64,000 nt of DNA. Origin: an uncultured Alphaproteobacteria bacterium. GTDB taxonomy: Bacteria > Pseudomonadota > Alphaproteobacteria > Rs-D84. Positions within the stretch are counted from its first letter, which is position 1, and every line of letters begins with the position of its first letter. The notes beneath the pieces were generated by a model. The model saw only the letters and a list, made by a program, of their open reading frames with translations. It did no database searches and was not told the DNA's origin. Shown piece after piece: positions 1 to 9,890 of this stretch. The position numbers were made by a program, and so were the translations under genes. The DNA lies in contig CALXMU010000001.1 of assembly GCA_944389555.1 (NCBI GenBank), positions 2,406 through 66,405 of the forward strand, given 5' to 3'.

Positions 1-1
1 A

Positions 2-670
2 CTTCCTTCTCCGAAACCAGAATATGTGGCTCAAGACTTAACAAAATTAGTAACTGTAACATTTGGTCGCAGTGATGGATGCCCGTTTGAAACGGAAACG
101 GAATGTGAAATATGGCGCAGGAAACCTATAATCCGCGAAACAGTTTCTCCACGCAGCCCAAAAATTCGGGCGGACAAAATGAACGAATTTATTAGTGCCG
201 CTCGTTGCGATGAGGATATAACAGCGAACAATCCGTTGGCTGCACCATTGTTAGAACGTTATAAGATGCTTATGGGTTCTGCAAACGCTTGCTGTACAGA
301 CGGTATGGCATATGCATTAAAACAAGCAGGTGCCACAGATGGATTGGTATATAAATTCTTATCTGACGACGCTAACTTCTATGGTTTTGGGGCACGCTGC
401 TTGATGATGACAGATACGGAACTAGATACGAAATATCCTAACACCGCGACCGCAGCGGTTGCGGCGGACGTTCGTAACGGTTGCCTATGCCGTGGTCGCC
501 AATGGTTCTATGCGATGCTGGCACCGTTCCAGCAGGCATATAAAGAATTCCCAGAATTTGCAAATTATAAATTCAACTATACGTATACAGATGGGCTACA
601 ACGTGAAATTACAGTATCTGTAAACAACGACGTCCAGAACGTGTTAAAGCAGTTGGCTTTGTGCCCATAA
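2..670 (+). CDS. Hypothetical Cys-containing protein, 5'-partial (frame is open from the window edge)
   Basis: Frame reads LPSPKPEY-V from nt 2 with no stop upstream of the GTG at 26. It contains ACCTDG and GCLCRG Cys clusters and is followed by a terminator. Confidence 0.7.
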   Translation, partial: LPSPKPEYVAQDLTKLVTVTFGRSDGCPFETETECEIWRRKPIIRETVSPRSPKIRADKMNEFISAARCDEDITANNPLAAPLLERYKMLMGSANACCTDGMAYALKQAGATDGLVYKFLSDDANFYGFGARCLMMTDTELDTKYPNTATAAVAADVRNGCLCRGRQWFYAMLAPFQQAYKEFPEFANYKFNYTYTDGLQREITVSVNNDVQNVLKQLALCP

Positions 671-716
671 CACGGCACGGAGAGAGAACGTCTTCGGACG
701 AAAAGGAAAAGCCAAG

Positions 717-748
717 AAACGCCCCGACTCAACCCCGGGGCGTTTTTT
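717..748 (+). terminator. Intrinsic terminator
   Basis: AAACGCCCCG (717-726) pairs with CGGGGCGTTT (736-745), followed by a T-run. Confidence 0.8.
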
Positions 749-851
749 ATACTTGTAAACAACCTTTATTTTTAATTATTTAATTCGGTAAGAAAAAAAA
801 CGGCACCGAGTGGAATTATTCAAAGGGACAGAATAACTCGCCCCCTGCGGT

Positions 852-878
852 AAAAAAACACCGCTAATGCGATGTTTT
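852..878 (-). terminator. Intrinsic terminator of the 880-3759 operon
   Basis: Minus strand reads AAAACATCGC-ATTA-GCGGTGTTTTTTT immediately after the stop. Confidence 0.75.
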
Positions 879-879
879 A

Positions 880-1680
880 TTAACGAAACTGTTGATTATT
901 TTGTTGCTGAGTTTTTTGAGTCAAATTACTTGTAGCATTACGAATCTGAACATTCAACGCATCTAAACACTTCTGAAACTCAGTTCTGCCTTTTATATTA
1001 GAAAAATTTGTACAATCAATTTTATCGCTCCCGTTAGTAACTGCTGTCAAAGAACTTGAGTCTAAACCTGCACCAGAAGCATTTTGACGAACTACCTCAC
1101 AATCGTTAGCCAACTGCTTTCTAAGTTCGGTTGATATGTTTGTTCCGCTACTAGACATATTATAAATCAAATTATAATTATTTCGCAGACACGTAAAAAC
1201 GCCTGATATCGTACTTTCATTATTACAATTACTTGTTCCTGCCAAATAAATATTTCTATCGGTGTAACTAGCAGAAGTACTCCCAGAAGAAGACGTACCA
1301 GTTGATGCACCTGCCGCTTCTAATTTGGCCGTTAAAATTTCACGTTCTAATTGCGTTTTTAAGCGTTTTAATGTTGCATCAAGATACTCGTACTGCTTAT
1401 ACATCTGTTGCATCATTACAGTAGATTTTAATGCGACAACGTCACGCATTATTTGCTTATTTGCTTCATTATCAGAATTCTCTGTAAGTCCAATGTTATA
1501 AACATGAGTGCTGCATAACGCTAATTCTGGGGTTATATAATCGTTATCACTTTCATTGCAACCGTTATCTGTCGCTGCACGTACAGGTGCAACAACGCAT
1601 AACGCCACCAGCAGCATAACAGCAACTTTACGTTCTGCTTTTTGAACATTTGATAAAAATTTATTTTTCGTATTCATCAC
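880..1680 (-). CDS. Secreted Cys-rich, coiled-coil hypothetical protein
   Basis: Signal peptide ending VRA-A, central coiled coil (MMQQMYKQYEYLDATLKRLKTQLE), S/T linker and several Cys. Confidence 0.75.
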   Translation of the reverse strand: MMNTKNKFLSNVQKAERKVAVMLLVALCVVAPVRAATDNGCNESDNDYITPELALCSTHVYNIGLTENSDNEANKQIMRDVVALKSTVMMQQMYKQYEYLDATLKRLKTQLEREILTAKLEAAGASTGTSSSGSTSASYTDRNIYLAGTSNCNNESTISGVFTCLRNNYNLIYNMSSSGTNISTELRKQLANDCEVVRQNASGAGLDSSSLTAVTNGSDKIDCTNFSNIKGRTEFQKCLDALNVQIRNATSNLTQKTQQQNNQQFR

Positions 1681-1683
1681 TCT

Positions 1684-3759
1684 TTATTTCGCATTTGTCA
1701 AACACTTAACAAAATTTTCACCTGTACCAGAACAATCACAACTGTTATTTTCTATATCCCATGTACCACCGTAAGTCAGACAATAAGTAAACCGTGTATT
1801 TATTTCATTTGCCTCGGCAGTATTCTGCCAATCTGTCAATGTAGCCTGTACCCCAAAAGGATCATTCTTTTGAATCCAAGAGAAGTACGAAGAATCATTA
1901 CTTGTAGATGAATTCGTGCTTAATGTCACATTGCTAACATCTTTGGCGGTGTTTTCTTTATCGCTTACGCATTCTAACTTATTATAATCAAACGTCTCTG
2001 TTTCTGGGCCATGTTTGAAGCACTCACAAGATTTTTTCGAATCGTCCCAATAGTGCCATACACCAGATTTCGCATTACATAAACATTTTGCTAATTCTAC
2101 ACCCTTTACAGCGGAACACTGTTGATAATACCCCGCAACGGATTCACTATTCGTCTCTGCTATCAACGTACCTTCCGATGCTATTTTCTTCATCTCTGAT
2201 TCAGTTACGCAAATTTTATCTGGTAAATCTTTTAAAGCCGCTATTTTCTGTAAATCACGGTACGTTTTTTCATTTAATTTACAATACGGCAAACCATCAT
2301 TTTCGGGCGTTGTCGTGCCACCAAATATGCCATTTGAACCGTATGCAGATGGTGCATCCTGCTCTATGATTCTTTGTAAAGTTTCTATATCTATTGACGC
2401 CTGACCACGGCGATTACGAAATAAGGTTGAATTATCCAAAATCTCTGACGCACAACCTATACGAACCTGAACGCCGCCTTCGCCGGTTTCTGGATACAGC
2501 CAATTACGTTGAACCTCTGCCTCGTCTTCTAAAACTTTTATCAATTGACAACCGCCATCTGACATCGGTACAACCTGACCTATTTTACAATCTGCACCAC
2601 CGGATACAACGCCACCGTTCGTTTCAACGGGCACAGATTTACCATCCGGACAATTCTTATCGTTATAATGCATTACTTGACCTTCTGCGCACAGATATTG
2701 CCCCCATGCATTACATGTGCCGTTCAGCATCATATAAATATCTGTAATATCAACACCGACAGATTGCGCCAAAATCAAGGCATCATAAACTTCATCTAAA
2801 ACATCGTTATATGGGTCAAAGAACTCCATAGCCTTGTTCTTAAATGTAGAAACTCTTTTCGGTCCTGTACAATTACTGCCCGTAGAATTACATCCGGCAT
2901 ATGCAAACGCCGTATCCATTGCCGCCTTAGCCGATTTTAAAGCGACTTCCGCATTTTCAATTTTCGTTAAAATCTGTCCTGAAATCTGTTCACGAGCCAA
3001 TAAATCAGCAGAAATTCCGGATGCCGCAGCTAATTGTTGAGCCGTAGTTAAACCAGATGTATTTGTTGAACTTGTCGTTGCCGCAGAAGTTGTCGTAGCA
3101 CTACTTACACTTGAACTTGATTGCTGCGTTGGCATAGATGCAACTGTTGCCGCACTTGAAGCCGCCGCCGCATCCGCGATGGCCTGACTTGTAGCCTGCT
3201 GTTGTTGCGCTAGCGCTGCCTGAATTTGCGCCGCAGTATCTGCACTTTGTTGCTGCATTTGTTGTTGCATCTGTACCATTTGCTGCTGCATTTGAGCCAT
3301 TTGTTGTGCACTTTGCTGTGCCGCCGCATTAGCCGCAGCAACCTGAGCGTCTGCCGCCGCCTGCTGCGCCGCAGCGTTAGAATCCGCCACCAATTGCGCA
3401 GAAATATATTCTATTAAATTGTCACCGTATTGCTTACATGAAGAATTTGACTCAACACAACCAGAAACTATCGGTCGGGCAATTTCCAATGACGCACACC
3501 CACCATTTGCACATTTCGGCTGCGCACACCGCAAAATCACTGCATTACAATTACCAAAATCTGCCGTGGGCGTTGTGGTTGTGGCACTATTTGCCCTTGG
3601 GTTCATATAACTGTTCCACATTGCATTATTAGTAGCCCCGGAATTACCATTAAACGCCGTCAAATTACTGCCAACAGTCGTAGCCACGGGCGCCGCCGCA
3701 TAAGCGTTTACGCCACACAGTGCAAGCGCAACTAATAAAAATCTGGATATATTCTTCAT
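1684..3759 (-). CDS. Large secreted Cys-rich protein with Q/A-rich coiled coil and S/T linker
   Basis: Probable start MKNISRFLLVALALCGVNAYA at 3759 (signal peptide). Contains motif CNAVILRCAQPKC, a Q/A low-complexity tract and small Cys-rich C-terminal modules. Confidence 0.8.
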   Translation of the reverse strand: MKNISRFLLVALALCGVNAYAAAPVATTVGSNLTAFNGNSGATNNAMWNSYMNPRANSATTTTPTADFGNCNAVILRCAQPKCANGGCASLEIARPIVSGCVESNSSCKQYGDNLIEYISAQLVADSNAAAQQAAADAQVAAANAAAQQSAQQMAQMQQQMVQMQQQMQQQSADTAAQIQAALAQQQQATSQAIADAAAASSAATVASMPTQQSSSSVSSATTTSAATTSSTNTSGLTTAQQLAAASGISADLLAREQISGQILTKIENAEVALKSAKAAMDTAFAYAGCNSTGSNCTGPKRVSTFKNKAMEFFDPYNDVLDEVYDALILAQSVGVDITDIYMMLNGTCNAWGQYLCAEGQVMHYNDKNCPDGKSVPVETNGGVVSGGADCKIGQVVPMSDGGCQLIKVLEDEAEVQRNWLYPETGEGGVQVRIGCASEILDNSTLFRNRRGQASIDIETLQRIIEQDAPSAYGSNGIFGGTTTPENDGLPYCKLNEKTYRDLQKIAALKDLPDKICVTESEMKKIASEGTLIAETNSESVAGYYQQCSAVKGVELAKCLCNAKSGVWHYWDDSKKSCECFKHGPETETFDYNKLECVSDKENTAKDVSNVTLSTNSSTSNDSSYFSWIQKNDPFGVQATLTDWQNTAEANEINTRFTYCLTYGGTWDIENNSCDCSGTGENFVKCLTNAK

Positions 3760-3889
3760 ATTCTCTCTTACCTGCAATTTTAACATAAAAATTACAAACA
3801 GAAAAGATAAAAATCAACAATATTACCCACAATAAACTTTAACCTTATTAAATATTGACAAAATATAATTTTAGTATAATATATTGAAT

Positions 3890-5665
3890 ATGATTATTGA
3901 AAAAGGCACGCTTTTATACGTATCCAAAGATGACCTTGATGAACAGGGGGTACTGCGCATACCAGAAGGAGTAACCGATATACTAGAAGGCGTAGGTTCT
4001 GCCATTCCTGGATTACGTAAAATATATTTTCCAGATTCTATGTCAAAGATAAACACACCGATATTCGAAGACAATTATAAGTTGGACAGCATTTACTTCG
4101 GCAAAAACATAAGTTTTATCAATTACGCTCCTTTCAAGCGCTGCCCAAATATAAAAACCATTCATATTCCAAACAAACGTTTTAGACTATTTCCATTATC
4201 TTTATTTGAAAATCTTAAAACCATAGTCGTAAACGATAAAAATCTTCAGATAGTCCAACACCTAAAAAAATATTCCGGTAAATATTATTACGAATCAAAC
4301 GTTAGAAACATCGGTAATATAAGAATATCAAAGGTGCAAAAAGTAGACTTAACCACGTTCTATGACCCAAGCAGTAAAGTTTGTCTGAACGTGGGAGATA
4401 AAAAACAATACCGCTTTATAGAAGATACGTTATCTGAATCTATAAAAGCTTGCCGAAAGTATTTAATGTTGCAGGAATTTGACTATTATATGTGGAAATA
4501 TAAAGCGACGCATAAATCTGATGAAAGAATTGACCAATATCAAACAATTTTACGAGACGCTATATCTAAATACATATCAAATAAAGATTTTACTTTTACC
4601 AAAGCAAATATTAGCAAAGTAAAACAGCATATACAGAAAATACCAATTTATATTAAATATATTAAAAAATATTCAGAGGAATATACATCTGCACAAAATT
4701 GCTTTGGGGAACTTTCCGACATAACAATTGATAACCTATTAAGAAAAATAAAACCTGTTAAACGCAGCGCTGTAAAACAATCTTGTACCAGATGGTTAAA
4801 AAAACATCCTGTTTCATCAGAAGAACTTACTTCCATCGCTTTGGCAGGTTATAAAAATCCTGGTGCTTTCCCATATTCTTGGATAAAAAAGATACCCGCA
4901 ACAAAACGAGGAAGTGCAACTAAACAGCTGCATAAATTATTTAAGCAAACAACAACTCAATTATATACGCCAGACAATAATATGCTGCAACCGTATATAA
5001 ATAAAGACATATTAAGAAATTTTGCAGAACAAATATCAAAAATAATTAAACAAGAAATTGAAATTCGTTATTTGGGTTCTGGAACATTTTCAAAAACATA
5101 CACTTTACAAATCCCGGGCGATAAAAAATACGTATGGAAAATATACCATTGCGATACTAGCGAGGCCTCAATAAATTCATATTATCATGACACCGAATTA
5201 CAGAATTCTTTTCTAATTGGCGGTAAAAAATATTTAGGTCAAAAGAAGTTTCGAAAAATATCTACAGCTGGCATCAGTAATCAACGCGGTCAAATATATT
5301 TGATATATCCTTATACAGAAGCGAAACCTATAAAAAACAAAATACACAGACCATTTGAAGCTTTGCGTAAATACTCTCTATTAGATAAAAACTGCGCTAA
5401 CTTCCTTGGCAACACAATAATAGACCTTGGTGCACTACGTATAAATTATAGCAACTTGGGTCAATCAAAGCATATATCTAAAATAACAAATACTATATTG
5501 TATCACTCTAAAAACGAACTTGTATACGTTCTAAATAATTACACGTCTACTCAGATAAATGACGCATTAAATTTCATAAACGAACGAATATCTATAAACC
5601 ACATTGAATTTAGCGCTATAAAAGCAAAAATAGAATTCTTGAAACAGAAAGCGAACATACGATAA
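3890..5665 (+). CDS. BspA-type leucine-rich-repeat protein fused to a minimal protein-kinase-like domain
   Basis: N-terminal IPEGVTDI / LRKIYFPDSMSKI / LDSIYFGKNISFI / CPNIKTIHIP repeats. C-terminal LGSGTFSKTY (Gly loop), YVWK, DKNCAN, IIDLG. Visibly AT-rich. Confidence 0.65.
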   Translation: MIIEKGTLLYVSKDDLDEQGVLRIPEGVTDILEGVGSAIPGLRKIYFPDSMSKINTPIFEDNYKLDSIYFGKNISFINYAPFKRCPNIKTIHIPNKRFRLFPLSLFENLKTIVVNDKNLQIVQHLKKYSGKYYYESNVRNIGNIRISKVQKVDLTTFYDPSSKVCLNVGDKKQYRFIEDTLSESIKACRKYLMLQEFDYYMWKYKATHKSDERIDQYQTILRDAISKYISNKDFTFTKANISKVKQHIQKIPIYIKYIKKYSEEYTSAQNCFGELSDITIDNLLRKIKPVKRSAVKQSCTRWLKKHPVSSEELTSIALAGYKNPGAFPYSWIKKIPATKRGSATKQLHKLFKQTTTQLYTPDNNMLQPYINKDILRNFAEQISKIIKQEIEIRYLGSGTFSKTYTLQIPGDKKYVWKIYHCDTSEASINSYYHDTELQNSFLIGGKKYLGQKKFRKISTAGISNQRGQIYLIYPYTEAKPIKNKIHRPFEALRKYSLLDKNCANFLGNTIIDLGALRINYSNLGQSKHISKITNTILYHSKNELVYVLNNYTSTQINDALNFINERISINHIEFSAIKAKIEFLKQKANIR

Positions 5666-5692
5666 AAAAACCGCCAATTGGCGGTTTTTTTT
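5664..5692. terminator. Bidirectional intrinsic terminator
   Basis: A7-CCGCC-AATT-GGCGG-T8 between convergent genes. Confidence 0.9.
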
Positions 5693-5693
5693 A

Positions 5694-8600
5694 TTATTCC
5701 ATACTTACGCTTAAAATGTCACCATATTGTCCTGCTTCATCGGTACCGATATAGCACTTTATATGCTTACCGACATTATTCATCCATTCTTCGTAAGCTG
5801 CCTTCTCAGCGGCACTTAAATTAGACGCTTGGATATCACGTGTTGCCTTATTTACTAACAACCCACCTGCAACACCCGTAACCACAGCCCCCAATGTTGG
5901 CGCCAACCACTGATTCTTCGCTTCAGATGAAGAATCTGTATTTTCACAAGCCGTCTTCAAAACGCCCAGTGCATTTATGGCCTGAGTTTTAGCGTTTCCT
6001 AACGCTTGAGTTTGAGATTCTGTCACAGATTTACCAGCGTTATTTACTGCGGTTTGTGCAGAAATCCATGCTGCCACCGAATTCTTCGCAGCGCTAATGG
6101 TGCTATCAGCCACCTTTTGTTTTTTGGCTTCTGATTCCAAAGATGTCATCCAACCAGAAACATTGCTTAAGCTTACTGAATTTGCATTACCAGTATTGAT
6201 CTCTTTTTCTATAGCAGTTATAAATTTAACCGCCTTATTTTCATTATTTTTATTTTCATTCAACCCGGTGATACCGCCAAATACATTTCCCTTCTGGATG
6301 CCGCTGCCTAAATACGCACCGCCAACTATACCGCCAACACTGCCCAATAATGTCGTCCAGAACGCGGTTCTATTCTGACTTTCGCGTTGAGATGCAGTTG
6401 CTTCGTCTACAGCCGCATTTGCCAATTCTTCCAATGTATCTGCTGGTATCCAGCTGCCGCAAGTAAAGGTATCGCCAACCGCAAAGTATGCCGTTGCCCA
6501 ATCCGCTCCGTTCATTGCTTTCTGAATATCCATGTCATCAGACTGTAACCTTACCTGAACGCTGCAGAAAGAACCATATAATTCATTACTTGGATTAAAG
6601 TCGCTACGTTCCAATCCCATTATACTATAATCGCTTGGTACGTTTTTGCCCTTTAACTTTACCCACATATATGTGCTGCCTGTATCATTAGCGCCCATTA
6701 TGCCGCCGCTATTTGCTGCCAAGCACATATTCTGTTCTTCTGTCAGTTTCTTGTTGTATATAGCCTGAGCCTCTTTTTCCAGGTCATATACCAAATCACG
6801 GAACAATGTAGATGCCGCCTGCGTCTGCAGATATGTAGAATATGAAGTGTATACAGGTGTATCGTATACCTTTCCAGTTGCATCTACTGAATAGCAAACG
6901 CCTTGGCTGCCATCAGATGCCGTACACAATGGATTACCGCTATCATCAGTTGCTTGAACTTGATTTAGCGTAGCCGTAACCTGAGTCGCTGCACCAGCAT
7001 CAATCCAACCTTCACGAACATTCGTCGCCGCACCCCATGAAGATGCACTATTTGAAGACTCTGCAATTTTCAATTTGTTCTGTTCAATGGCCAAATGTTC
7101 CTGACATACAGATGCATTTTTAACAGTATCCAAACACAACCCCAGAACAACAGTATAATCCAACACACCGCCCACTTTATTCATACTGGAATCAAACGAA
7201 GAATCGCCAGATTGGGTCAATGATGAATAAATATCAGTACGATTACGATAACAACTGCTGTAATCAGAACCGCACATAGAACGAACGCAACTTTTTGCGA
7301 CCGCTTCGCACTGCGTGCGCATCTGAGCGATTGCCGCATCGCTATAACTTGTCGCCAAAGAAGCGTTCAATGCGGCAATTACACCGATTGGGTCACCGCT
7401 ATTACTGCTGTACTTTGGGAACAAAGTATCAAATGCGTCATTATTTATATACGTATATGTATAACCACCAGTACTATCTGGATTTGCCGCGGCATACTTA
7501 CAATACGGATCTGTATTTACGATATCAGAACATCCCGTTTTGATTTCTTCATAACTTACAGCATTATTGATAGTCTTATCAATTGTACCAAACACTTGTG
7601 AGTAACATGCGGCACCACTGCCACCACCACAAACACGCATGGCACAAGATTTTATTGTGTTCATACAATTAGATTTCGCTTCGCTATCAAATTGTTCTAT
7701 CAATTCTGCAATACGAGCCTTCATTGAAGAATTCATACGAGACGCATATGCATCACCAAAAATATCTTCTTGATTCATTTCGTCGCTTAACTGAGAAGAC
7801 GAAGGCATTGCACCATTACCCAAGAATGTTGCATAGCAATACTTATTTGAACCAATTGTATTCAAACAAGCGTTTTTAATATAAGACTGAACTGCTGAGC
7901 TGCTATTGGTGTCAACAGACGCTGTTATAGTCGCCGCATCAACTTCTGTTCCACTGTTTATAGCGTCAACCAGATCAATTGTGCTAACGGTTGATTCTTC
8001 GTTACATTTATATGGATTTGTTGCGCAAGCATTCAAAATACACTGGTCAACGACCTTGTAACAGGTAGATACAGCATTTACCGCCGCCAAGGCTGCACCT
8101 TCACTAATCATTATACCAACGCGACTATCAGCTGCTGGATTGCCGGTTACAGTTGCGGAACCAAACAGTTCTATTTTACCCTCACTCTGGCAGCGTGCTA
8201 ATGTAGAATCACAGTATACCATTTGCTTTCTGAATTCTGTATTTGTCGTGCACAATTCAAAATCTGCACCGCATACATTGTCACGTTGTAAGCAAGTCGT
8301 ATAACGACGCACGCAGTCACCGGTACTATACATATTTGAAATTGCGGCCCCCGTAATCATCTGTCCCAATACACTGCCGTCTGTTGGATATGTATAATCC
8401 GTAACTTCGCCGTATGAATTTTTAGACGCAACATTTGATAAAGATGTAGTCGAAGAAGTTCCAAATAATGCGTTTACACCAGATGCAGAACATTGCGCCA
8501 ATGTACTTAAGCATAACGGCATTTTCCCATGGAATAAAACTTTCGTCGTACATTCTTCAAAATTAGCGCCACAGACATCAGTCCCCTTCAAGCAAGATGT

Positions 8601-8798
8601 ATACGCATCAATGCATTCTGCATTATCCAACAAATTTGATGTTGAAGATGAAGAATTTGAACTGTTTATATACGCAGTCATTGTCGGCAATCTAGACGAA
8701 GCCGTTCCGACAATGCTGGGACGCGCAGTCAAAGCATACGCCGCAGGTACAACGCCACAAACGGCTAAGAAACCAATTGATTTTTTCAGAAAGTTCAT
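5694..8798 (-). CDS. Large secreted Cys-rich repeat protein with C-terminal glycine-zipper hydrophobic helices
   Basis: GGAG RBS before ATG 8798 and a signal peptide (..PAAYA). Repeated C-x6-C-x4/6-C-x6/7-C units. Hydrophobic segments TLLGSVGGIVGGAYLG and TLGAVVTGVAGGLLV. Confidence 0.8.
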   Translation of the reverse strand: MNFLKKSIGFLAVCGVVPAAYALTARPSIVGTASSRLPTMTAYINSSNSSSSTSNLLDNAECIDAYTSCLKGTDVCGANFEECTTKVLFHGKMPLCLSTLAQCSASGVNALFGTSSTTSLSNVASKNSYGEVTDYTYPTDGSVLGQMITGAAISNMYSTGDCVRRYTTCLQRDNVCGADFELCTTNTEFRKQMVYCDSTLARCQSEGKIELFGSATVTGNPAADSRVGIMISEGAALAAVNAVSTCYKVVDQCILNACATNPYKCNEESTVSTIDLVDAINSGTEVDAATITASVDTNSSSAVQSYIKNACLNTIGSNKYCYATFLGNGAMPSSSQLSDEMNQEDIFGDAYASRMNSSMKARIAELIEQFDSEAKSNCMNTIKSCAMRVCGGGSGAACYSQVFGTIDKTINNAVSYEEIKTGCSDIVNTDPYCKYAAANPDSTGGYTYTYINNDAFDTLFPKYSSNSGDPIGVIAALNASLATSYSDAAIAQMRTQCEAVAKSCVRSMCGSDYSSCYRNRTDIYSSLTQSGDSSFDSSMNKVGGVLDYTVVLGLCLDTVKNASVCQEHLAIEQNKLKIAESSNSASSWGAATNVREGWIDAGAATQVTATLNQVQATDDSGNPLCTASDGSQGVCYSVDATGKVYDTPVYTSYSTYLQTQAASTLFRDLVYDLEKEAQAIYNKKLTEEQNMCLAANSGGIMGANDTGSTYMWVKLKGKNVPSDYSIMGLERSDFNPSNELYGSFCSVQVRLQSDDMDIQKAMNGADWATAYFAVGDTFTCGSWIPADTLEELANAAVDEATASQRESQNRTAFWTTLLGSVGGIVGGAYLGSGIQKGNVFGGITGLNENKNNENKAVKFITAIEKEINTGNANSVSLSNVSGWMTSLESEAKKQKVADSTISAAKNSVAAWISAQTAVNNAGKSVTESQTQALGNAKTQAINALGVLKTACENTDSSSEAKNQWLAPTLGAVVTGVAGGLLVNKATRDIQASNLSAAEKAAYEEWMNNVGKHIKCYIGTDEAGQYGDILSVSME

Positions 8799-8923
8799 TC
8801 GACTCACTCCATACTTATTACATTAAGTATAACATAAAATCAAAAACAGACAAAGGAAAAATACACGAATTTATAAACATTTGATAAAAAATTGGGGGAT
8901 AAAACCCCATTTATTTTTTTTCA

Positions 8924-9883
8924 TTACCCTATTTCATCTAATATTGCTTTTAAATCCGACATATCTTCTGGTAACCGAGCCTTAAAGTGCATCTTTTCAC
9001 CTGTAACAGGGTGCTCAAAATCCAGAACTTCCGCATGCAACATCTGACCGTCATGATTTTTCAAAAAATCTAATAAATCTTGATTCTTTACGCTTGCCAA
9101 TCTATTTGAAGCCCGCCCATATACAGGGTCACATAACACAGGAAAACCATGTGCCGATAAATGAACGCGAATTTGATGAGTACGCCCCGTTAATAAAGTA
9201 CATCTAAATTCCGAAACCCCGGCCCGAGTCCAAACATCTGCAACAGAAACTTTTGTATAAGCCGGTTTCCCGCCAGTCTTCACCATTGTCATCTTCTGAC
9301 GGTTTCGTGACGAACGTGCTATATTACCTGTAATATCCGCCCCATCCCAATTTGGTACCCCCCATACAAACGCAATATACTTTCGCGTCAAATCGTGCGC
9401 GGTAAAAATTTTTACCAAACCGCGAAATGCGGCATCAGATTTAGCAAATACCATTACGCCGCTGGTATCTTTATCCAATCTATGAACGACACCTGGACGC
9501 GTTTCACCACCCAGCGCAGATAAATTTGTGTGCCCTAAAATATTCTGCACAAGAGTACCCGTTTGATTACCTGCAGACGGATACATTACAACACCGCGCG
9601 GTTTGTTTATAACAATGATATCCTTATCCTCGTATAAAATATCTAAATCAAAATCTTTTGAAATATTTTCTGCGGCAACGTTGGTTTTTCTTTCCGGAAT
9701 AATAACCTCTATTTTATCTCCGCGACGCAATTTATAAGAAAACTTTTCCGCATTTCCATTTACCGTGACATTAAAACGCTGAATTTCACTACGAGAAAAA
9801 TCTGACATATTCACCGCCAGAAGTTTATCTAATCTACTGCCGGCCTCTGAATCAGACACAATAAAATCACGAACTTCTGACAT
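8924..9883 (-). CDS. rluD: 23S rRNA pseudouridine synthase RluD
   Basis: S4 domain (RLDKLL..SRSEIQ), NKPRG, VHRLDKDTSG, TGRTHQIRVH. Start taken at MSEVRDF. Confidence 0.92.
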   Translation of the reverse strand: MSEVRDFIVSDSEAGSRLDKLLAVNMSDFSRSEIQRFNVTVNGNAEKFSYKLRRGDKIEVIIPERKTNVAAENISKDFDLDILYEDKDIIVINKPRGVVMYPSAGNQTGTLVQNILGHTNLSALGGETRPGVVHRLDKDTSGVMVFAKSDAAFRGLVKIFTAHDLTRKYIAFVWGVPNWDGADITGNIARSSRNRQKMTMVKTGGKPAYTKVSVADVWTRAGVSEFRCTLLTGRTHQIRVHLSAHGFPVLCDPVYGRASNRLASVKNQDLLDFLKNHDGQMLHAEVLDFEHPVTGEKMHFKARLPEDMSDLKAILDEIG

Positions 9884-9890
9884 ACAAAAC

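Noticed and set aside
681-704. Hammerhead ribozyme (GTC-TTCG-GAC-GAAA resembles stem II plus GAAA)
   Set aside because: The required CUGANGA core before stem II is absent, and stems I and III are not evident.
802-811. tracrRNA-like GGCACCGAGT
   Set aside because: It is only a 10-nt match. The closing CGGTGC, any CRISPR repeat and any cas gene are absent.
2980-3400. Tandem DNA repeat or microsatellite
   Set aside because: The GCT/TGT-rich periodicity simply reflects Q/A/S/T low-complexity coding sequence.
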